Shown one piece after another: positions 57,321-64,000 of a stretch of DNA of 64,000 nucleotides. The notes beneath the pieces were generated by a model. That model did not search any database and was not told the origin of the DNA. It was given only the letters and a program-made list of their open reading frames with translations. Source of the DNA: Halobacteriovoraceae bacterium (GTDB lineage Bacteria > Bdellovibrionota > Bacteriovoracia > Bacteriovoracales > Bacteriovoracaceae); NCBI GenBank assembly GCA_963719505.1, contig CAVRCF010000001.1:416001-480000 (forward strand), given 5' to 3'. The position numbers were made by a program, and so were the translations under genes. The first letter of the stretch is position 1; each line of letters begins with the position of its first letter.

Positions 57321-57993
57321 TGTTTTTGCAGCAGCAGAAAGAAGAGACTTCTGGCCTGAAAGCGCAAATATGAATGCCAATATTGGCAATTTTTCGGTGT
57401 CTATAAAGACCGACAGCTTTAAAGAAATTTTAAACTCAAATAAGAGTCTTTCATATAGGTATTTCTGGTCAAAAGATAAAGACTTCCTCGACTGTAGTGA
57501 GCCTTCAATCTGTCCTATCTTACTAAATAAAATTAAAATACTTACCGGTGATAATTTAAATAAATTTCTCGAGAAATATGTTTTTGTAGAAAAAGATAAT
57601 GGATGGCATAAATACAAAGATGGGAGTGGGGCTGAGGACTATTCTGATGTTTCAATTAAATATGAAAACGATATGCTTTATATTATACAAAAAAATCCAA
57701 CCGGAACCGAATATATCAATTACACTTTTAAAAAAGACGAGCATGGTCTAGCTCTCACTACAGTTGAGCATAAGTCTTATGTTGGTCTTCAAAAATTTAG
57801 GACAATTACCACCCTTGAATATGGTAAACTTAGGAAATTGAGATTTCCGACGAAAGTCATTATGGCGACAAACCAGTCTCTCATTACAAAAGATATCAAG
57901 ACCCCAAAACGGAAGGTGCGTGAAATCTACGACTTTACTGACTATAAAATTAATGACAAATCTAATCTCGAAAGGTTGAGTCGATCTAAGTAG
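57280..57993 (+). CDS. Secreted hypothetical protein
   Basis: Signal peptide (VFA); beta-rich. Confidence 0.6.
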   Translation: MLLLKTIGLLLSISVFAAAERRDFWPESANMNANIGNFSVSIKTDSFKEILNSNKSLSYRYFWSKDKDFLDCSEPSICPILLNKIKILTGDNLNKFLEKYVFVEKDNGWHKYKDGSGAEDYSDVSIKYENDMLYIIQKNPTGTEYINYTFKKDEHGLALTTVEHKSYVGLQKFRTITTLEYGKLRKLRFPTKVIMATNQSLITKDIKTPKRKVREIYDFTDYKINDKSNLERLSRSK

Positions 57994-58079
57994 TTGAATT
58001 TAATGTCTGTCTCGTGTAAAAAATACAATTTAAACGCCTAAATTCAGCAATTTAGCGCTTTGCGTTGTATTGTTGATTT

Positions 58080-61000
58080 ATGAAAATTATCGTCATGTTC
58101 TGGTTTGTACTAGTCCTATCTTGTGGGCAGCAACAAACTAAAATGAGCAGTAAACTTTTATCCGCCAGCGAACGAAAATCACTTTCGACAAAGTGCGAAG
58201 ACGCTAATTTTCACACAGATGTTTTAACGAAAAACGGCTTGATAAAGATATTTGAATGTCTCTCTTGGAAAGAAAAGTACCCCCAAGTTAGTCGCTGGTT
58301 GATCTCTATTGATGAAACTGATTTGAATAACTCTCTAGCTACTTTCAATCAAACATTTTTCAGGTCTACAGCGACAAGAAATAAATTTCTAGATTTCGCC
58401 AAAGAGTATATCTTAGAGGATGTCATTAAAGAGTGGCATACTTTAGCCAAGAACCTCTCTGAGGAATCCTTGCCGATTAATTTTTTAGATATTATATCTC
58501 AAAACAATCAAAACTTTCCTGAAATAAAACAACAGTCATTGCTGGTAGTAGGTGAATCTTTAGGTGGCATTTCTCAAAACCTTCAAGATAAGATCCAGAT
58601 AACTTTTCGTGAAATAAAAAACGATAAACCCCTTTACAGCAAATTGCCCCCTCTTCTTCAGGTGATACTGTCTGAATATGTCAAAGATCCAAAATCTTTT
58701 TTCAAGATGTTCAGTTCACTTGTTAGTCCAGACGAAGAACTCATCTTGGGTTTACAGACTATGGAGGGCCATAATTTTCAAAACCTACTTTACTACCCAA
58801 GAAGTAGAGAGAACGTCCAGCAGACCGCTGCTAGGTTGCAGCAGATTATTGTTAATAATGAGTACGCCTGTAGCGACACGACTGGTATCTATGAGCTGAA
58901 TCAAGTTAAAGAGCTAACAAGTAGAATGAAAGATCTTCGAGCTCTTAGTCACGAAGATTTTCTTTTTAGTCTCTATGATTTGCGGCTTAAATTTACTCTT
59001 TTTAACAATATTTGTTACTATAAAGAACTTGATGATCTCGTCAAAGTATTTATGGATGATCTGATTGAATTCTCCATTGATCCTGTCGGTTTTAATACCC
59101 TCAAGAGGGTTGCCCTTGGATCTGATGACGACTTCTCTCTTTTTAACTATATTAGTTCTGACTTTTTTAGCACCTATAAAAAGCTTGTTGAGCATGACAC
59201 AGAAGAAACGCTGATGAATTTACTCCCAGCGCTCCAAGCAATATCTATAAATGATTTGAAGCTTTTTTCAAATATACTTGGAGAACTGTCTTTAGACCTC
59301 TCTTTTGCAGCTCAATTTAAGTTGTATTGGAGTGAGTTTTCGACAAAAGAAAAAAACACAATTTTACATTTTGTTCGAGATAGTATTTTTTCTAAAGGGA
59401 AAATAACATCCTCTCTTATGGCCGGTGCAAAGCTTTTGAATTTATATCCTAACCTTATAAAGGACATTTATAAAAACACTGAAAAAGCTGGTGTCATAAG
59501 GCTTTTGAAAAAGTTCTCAGAAGCCTCTCAAAAAGAGGGTTTTAGGAATGATCTCTCTCATTTTGTGAGCGATGAAAACTTTGGACAATTGTTGCGAATC
59601 CTTGGACAAACAAAAGATGAGAAGCGCCCCGAGACAGACAGTGATGTTTCTGTGGCAAGAGTGCAGCAAGACAAGGGGAGCGCAATAAAGAGTTGCTTGA
59701 ATGATCTCTTTGAGAAGGTTAAGGGGGAATATAACTTTTGGACCTTGTTGGAAAAATACCCTGAAACTTGCCAAAGGCTTCCGGAACAAAAAAAAGAGAT
59801 GGCACATTTAGTCTTTGAATGGACCTTTGATATTGATCGGATCTTTCTTAAGTTTACCGGACAGAAGTTTGCTGTCGACTACGGAGTTATTTCTCCGCAA
59901 ATGATGCGCTACTATCATGAGCTCATTCACCTAACAAACAGACATTTACAAAAGAATAACCCTAACTATGTTTTAGAGACTATCGATCGGGTGAGAAAGC
60001 ATCTTTTTGACTTCAATTTGATAGGTGTTCTAGACTCATTTGTAACAGTGGCAAATAATACGATTGTTGGCTCAAGAAAAGAGACTGACCAAGCTTTAAA
60101 GCTACTCGTTGAAGCAGACTTCTCACAAGTAGATTCTTCAATTAAAAACCTTCTTTTGAGCTTAAACACCAAAGAACAAAAACCATCTAGTTATACTTAC
60201 ACTAAAAAATTAAATACTAGGGTTGGAGAAAAGAACACTTCATCGACAAAAGAAATCCTCAGTTTTGCAAAGGATACAAAAAAGCTTTTGTTAAAAGAGA
60301 ATGATGGACAAAACCTTTTGAGCAGTGTGATTGATCTTCTTCATCCCAAAAGTGGAGTTCCAATTCCCATGTTTCGGGATCAACAAAGAATAAAGAAATT
60401 TAACTTACAAGAATTTTTACTATTCCTCTATGATGCTTCATCTGGCGAAACAGCGGAGGAAGTTCTTTACCGAGATGAAAAAGGAAGTCAAGTTGTATCA
60501 CTTACTCTTATTCAAAGACTTGAACTAGTCATTAGAGAGATTGGATTTTTGAATAATTTCTACGGAGCCTTTTTCATAAATAAAATTGCAAAAGCAAAAA
60601 ACTATACAAGGCAAATTATAAAAATGAAGAAGACTCTAAGGGTTATAGATAAGTCGAGCGGTCTTTTTAGAAAACTAGGTATATTTCCTAAGGAAACTCA
60701 ATGGGCTTTTAAGAATATTGATCAAGCCTATGATTCACTTTGGCAACTCAACGATGGAAAGATGAGGTACGGAGATCTTATTCAATCTATATTGGCCACT
60801 ACCGTAACGAGTTCACCAGTGAACGCTCAATCATTTTCAGCACTAAGAAGACCCGACACCAATAGGGTTGAAGACCATAATGGTAAGTTCATTCGGTTGT
60901 TAACAAAAAATTCTATTCTTACTCATTTAAGTTTTTTCTTAAGAGAGAACTTCTCAAGAGATGAAATTGAGAACTCAGAATCTATAAGTATGGTTTCTGA

Positions 61001-61685
61001 AAACTTTCTAAAATTTATTTCTCAAGACGATCTTCTTTTACTGATGAGAAAAGTCTTGGAACATGAAAACTTTGAGGCAATCTTGGAAGACCTTGTGACT
61101 GAAAAAGATTTCTCTCTGGATGGTCTTTCCCACATCTTTAAGCTACTGGCCGATATGTCTTTAACTTTTAAGAATGAAGAATTGGGGAATTTAACTGGAG
61201 CTGTGATGGCTTTGATGGATCATTATTTTATTGTGATGAATATTGATAAAAAGGATAGTTTACGAGGGCTCGTGTCCCAATTTGCATCCATGGAAAGTGA
61301 AAAAAGGGTATCAGCATTAAAGGTATTAAAGTATTTCCCAAGAAAGGTTTCTGTTGACCGCCTTCAAATAGAGCAACTTGTCGCCAAGATAAATTTCTAT
61401 ACAAAAATGGGTGACAATAATAGTGGGTTTTTTAGAGAGTTCACTGGCGATAAGGACTTTAGTGTTACCCCAATTTTAAAGATGTTGCGCAGCACTCATC
61501 TGGAACAAGGAAATTTTAATTATTTTTATCATTTATTCGAGGTTTTGGGTGAGCGCGATGCTGAGGGCAGCATGCTCAAGCATGGTCTAGATAAACTCTT
61601 CAATGAAAAGTCCAACCAATTAGAGTCTTTTTTGTCTGACATTTTTACTCGGTTTGAGGACCAAAGCAGTTCTAAAAAGTTGTGA
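58080..61685 (+). CDS. Large helical hypothetical lipoprotein (1201 aa)
   Basis: VLSC lipobox; long uninterrupted ORF. Confidence 0.7.
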   Translation: MKIIVMFWFVLVLSCGQQQTKMSSKLLSASERKSLSTKCEDANFHTDVLTKNGLIKIFECLSWKEKYPQVSRWLISIDETDLNNSLATFNQTFFRSTATRNKFLDFAKEYILEDVIKEWHTLAKNLSEESLPINFLDIISQNNQNFPEIKQQSLLVVGESLGGISQNLQDKIQITFREIKNDKPLYSKLPPLLQVILSEYVKDPKSFFKMFSSLVSPDEELILGLQTMEGHNFQNLLYYPRSRENVQQTAARLQQIIVNNEYACSDTTGIYELNQVKELTSRMKDLRALSHEDFLFSLYDLRLKFTLFNNICYYKELDDLVKVFMDDLIEFSIDPVGFNTLKRVALGSDDDFSLFNYISSDFFSTYKKLVEHDTEETLMNLLPALQAISINDLKLFSNILGELSLDLSFAAQFKLYWSEFSTKEKNTILHFVRDSIFSKGKITSSLMAGAKLLNLYPNLIKDIYKNTEKAGVIRLLKKFSEASQKEGFRNDLSHFVSDENFGQLLRILGQTKDEKRPETDSDVSVARVQQDKGSAIKSCLNDLFEKVKGEYNFWTLLEKYPETCQRLPEQKKEMAHLVFEWTFDIDRIFLKFTGQKFAVDYGVISPQMMRYYHELIHLTNRHLQKNNPNYVLETIDRVRKHLFDFNLIGVLDSFVTVANNTIVGSRKETDQALKLLVEADFSQVDSSIKNLLLSLNTKEQKPSSYTYTKKLNTRVGEKNTSSTKEILSFAKDTKKLLLKENDGQNLLSSVIDLLHPKSGVPIPMFRDQQRIKKFNLQEFLLFLYDASSGETAEEVLYRDEKGSQVVSLTLIQRLELVIREIGFLNNFYGAFFINKIAKAKNYTRQIIKMKKTLRVIDKSSGLFRKLGIFPKETQWAFKNIDQAYDSLWQLNDGKMRYGDLIQSILATTVTSSPVNAQSFSALRRPDTNRVEDHNGKFIRLLTKNSILTHLSFFLRENFSRDEIENSESISMVSENFLKFISQDDLLLLMRKVLEHENFEAILEDLVTEKDFSLDGLSHIFKLLADMSLTFKNEELGNLTGAVMALMDHYFIVMNIDKKDSLRGLVSQFASMESEKRVSALKVLKYFPRKVSVDRLQIEQLVAKINFYTKMGDNNSGFFREFTGDKDFSVTPILKMLRSTHLEQGNFNYFYHLFEVLGERDAEGSMLKHGLDKLFNEKSNQLESFLSDIFTRFEDQSSSKKL

Positions 61686-61732
61686 TGTAACAACCCTTTG
61701 ATGTATAATGGTGTCTCTAAATAAGCAAAGGA

Positions 61733-62926
61733 ATGTTGTTGAAAGTTATAGAGCTATCCAAAGATGGAGCACAAAAATTACTTAAAGGAGCTAAGGAGCT
61801 TTATCCTCGAGATTTAGATGGATCTGTTAAATCTTGTACTCCTGGAGAATGGCTTTTTCTCAAAAACTCTCGAAAGAATATTCACTATCTCAGCTTTGTT
61901 AACCCCCTCGCTGTTGATTCGCCTATAGCTCATATAACTATTGAAACAGATCCCATTCCTAAAACTGAAGAGCAATTCCTCTTCGAGCTTATCGAAGCCT
62001 CGGTGAAAAGACGCGATATTTTTAAAAGCTATGAGAAGGGATGTCGACTTGTTTATGGCAATTCTGATTCACTTCCAGGACTAGTAGTTGATGCCTATTT
62101 AAATGCTGTGATTATACAGATCAATACAGCTGGGATAGATAAGTATAGAAAAAAGATTGAAGAATACTTCACAACTAAGTTTAATACGAGAAAAGTCTAC
62201 CTTTTAGATAATGAAAAATATCGTGAAAGAGAAGCTCTTCCAATTTATGAGAAAACTAAAATCTCTGAAGATCTTTTAATTGAAGAAAATGGTCTGAGCT
62301 TTTATGTAGAAAAAGAGAAAGTTCAGAAAGTTGGATATTACTATGACCATAGAGAAAATAGAGCAAGAGCTAGAAACCTTGTAGCGAAACTTAATCGAAA
62401 ATACAAAAAGGGCTTAGACCTCTTCTCTTACGTTGGTAGCTGGGGGATGAATGTTTTGGCTGGTGGTGTCGAACATATCACCTTTGTTGATCAAGGTGAT
62501 ATGTCTCATAGTACATTAAAGAGTTTAGAGCTAAATGACTTTTCATCTCGAGGAACCTTTATAAGAGAAAATGTATTTGATTATCTAAAAACTCAAAAAA
62601 ATAATAATAGTAAATTTGATATTATCTGTTCAGATCCTCCCGCTTTTTGTAAAAGTAAAAAAGAAGAGAGAAAAGCTTATGATGGTTACCTCAAACTTCA
62701 TAAGCTATTGATGGATCTTTTAGACAGAGATAGTATATTAATCGCTTGCTCCTGCACTTTGTATGTTGATTGGAATTCATTCCAGAAAAATATTGAAGAA
62801 GCAGCTTTTGCCAAGCAGAGAAAAATTCAATTGCTTGATTGTGGAGTTCAAGGTTTTGACCATCCCACAACAAGTCTCAATAGTAAAAATTCATATTTAA
62901 AATATTTTGCATACAGGGTGGAGTAA
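61733..62926 (+). CDS. RlmI-like class I SAM rRNA methyltransferase
   Basis: SDSLPGLVVD, QKVGYYYDHRENR, DLFSYVG, DPPAF, ACSC. Confidence 0.88.
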   Translation: MLLKVIELSKDGAQKLLKGAKELYPRDLDGSVKSCTPGEWLFLKNSRKNIHYLSFVNPLAVDSPIAHITIETDPIPKTEEQFLFELIEASVKRRDIFKSYEKGCRLVYGNSDSLPGLVVDAYLNAVIIQINTAGIDKYRKKIEEYFTTKFNTRKVYLLDNEKYREREALPIYEKTKISEDLLIEENGLSFYVEKEKVQKVGYYYDHRENRARARNLVAKLNRKYKKGLDLFSYVGSWGMNVLAGGVEHITFVDQGDMSHSTLKSLELNDFSSRGTFIRENVFDYLKTQKNNNSKFDIICSDPPAFCKSKKEERKAYDGYLKLHKLLMDLLDRDSILIACSCTLYVDWNSFQKNIEEAAFAKQRKIQLLDCGVQGFDHPTTSLNSKNSYLKYFAYRVE

Positions 62927-62928
62927 CT

Positions 62929-63876
62929 ATGTCTGATTTAAGAAAGAAAGTTGTTGATATTGTAGAAGATGCTAAAAAGGTTGTGTTCGGGCAAGACAAT
63001 ATGCTTGAGGCAATTATAGCAGCTTTAGTTTGTGAAGGGCATCTACTGATAGAAGGTATGCCAGGCCTTGGAAAGACTTTAAGTGTTTCTATCATGAGTA
63101 AATTGTGTGATCTAGACTTTAAGAGAGTTCAGTTTACCCCAGATCTTTTGCCATCAGACCTTATTGGAACAATGATTTATAATCAGCAAAAAGAAGAATT
63201 TTCCACAAAATTTGGACCTATCTTCACTCAACTTGTGCTTGCCGATGAGATTAACAGGTCTCCCGCTAAGGTTCAGGCTGCGTTGTTAGAAGCGATGGCC
63301 GAAAAACAAGTAACAATTGGTGATACGACTTTTAAGCTACAATCTCCATTTGTTGTTTTGGCAACACAAAACCCAATAGAACAAGAGGGAACCTATAACC
63401 TACCAGAAGCTCAACTTGATAGATTTATGATGAAGATCACTGTGGACTATCCAGAATTTGAAGCGGAGAAATCTATTCTTGATTTAAAAATGAGTAGTAT
63501 GGATAAATTAGTAGCGAAGCTGGGAGCTGATGATCTACTACTTCTAAAAGAAAAAGTAGAAAGTATCTATGTGGATGACAAAATTAAAGATTTAATTATT
63601 AAAATCGTCCACGCGACAAGACCTGGCTCTACACACTTTAACTCAGCCTATGAGGGAGTCATCATGGCCGGAGCCTCTCCGAGAGCTTCCATCTGGCTTT
63701 ATAAAATAGCTAAGTTTAAAGCCTTTCTTGCAGGTGCAGACTTCGTGACACCAGAGCATATCCTCTCAATCGTTAAGGGAGTTCTAGGGCACCGAGTGCT
63801 TCTGTCTTATGAAGCTGTCATTGATAAGGTTGATGTTGGAGAGCTGGTTTACAAAATTGCGAGTGAAAAGGTTTAA
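62929..63876 (+). CDS. MoxR family AAA+ ATPase
   Basis: EGMPGLGKT, RVQFTPDLLPSD, LADEINR, ATQNPIEQEGTYNLPEAQLDRF. Confidence 0.95.
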   Translation: MSDLRKKVVDIVEDAKKVVFGQDNMLEAIIAALVCEGHLLIEGMPGLGKTLSVSIMSKLCDLDFKRVQFTPDLLPSDLIGTMIYNQQKEEFSTKFGPIFTQLVLADEINRSPAKVQAALLEAMAEKQVTIGDTTFKLQSPFVVLATQNPIEQEGTYNLPEAQLDRFMMKITVDYPEFEAEKSILDLKMSSMDKLVAKLGADDLLLLKEKVESIYVDDKIKDLIIKIVHATRPGSTHFNSAYEGVIMAGASPRASIWLYKIAKFKAFLAGADFVTPEHILSIVKGVLGHRVLLSYEAVIDKVDVGELVYKIASEKV

Positions 63877-64000
63877 TGAATCTTAAAGAAATTGAAAAAG
63901 TTGTAGCGTCAATACGCACACATCTTTTTAGAAATTCAAACTCTTTTTCTGTTGGAATGTTAAAGTCACACTTTAAAGGTGCCGGATTACAATTTAAGGA
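63876..64000 (+). CDS. DUF58 family protein, 3'-truncated
   Basis: TAATG-coupled to MoxR; MNLKEIEK...GMLKSHFKGAGLQFK matches the DUF58 start. Confidence 0.75.
   Translation, partial: MNLKEIEKVVASIRTHLFRNSNSFSVGMLKSHFKGAGLQFK

Noticed and set aside
1-64000. CRISPR array, rRNA, prophage structural genes, retron/RT or defence systems
   Set aside because: No repeat-spacer periodicity or corresponding protein motifs seen.

Overview
AT-rich bacterial chromosome segment, mostly core genome. Gene content (mglA with a divergent mglB after recR, a short MGLRI-type flagellin, many secreted proteins and lipoproteins) suggests a Bacteriovorax/Halobacteriovorax-like predator (Bdellovibrionota); this is inference. 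Layout: (1) 1-3.3 kb is an accessory edge with two tRNA-Ser(GGA) 3'-end att remnants, a secreted papain-fold candidate and an intact IS2-group IS3 element. (2) An OMP, a sigma54-promoter lipoprotein pair, SRP RNA, then dnaX-ybaB-recR-mglB-mglA-dksA-mtnP running into the dcw cluster (rsmH to ftsZ), whose MurD has degenerate motifs. (3) rnj, udk, prmA, rsmE, RDD, rfaE2, a sigma28 flagellin, PilZ, lpxH. (4) A minus-strand run fliD-fliS-FliT-like-Maf-like-GT9-small ORF-GT9-hyp-HK-RR-nadK-recN. (5) A frameshifted membrane gene, IMPase, a bEBP without sensor domain, rlmE, a PBP, lepB, head-to-head mutS2/rqcH, a large lipoprotein, RlmI-like, MoxR and DUF58. Best novel candidate: a ~85-nt sigma28-driven, intrinsically terminated RNA upstream of fliD, complementary to the fliD start region and to flagellin-type start sequences. 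All calls come from reading motifs by eye; no searches were run.
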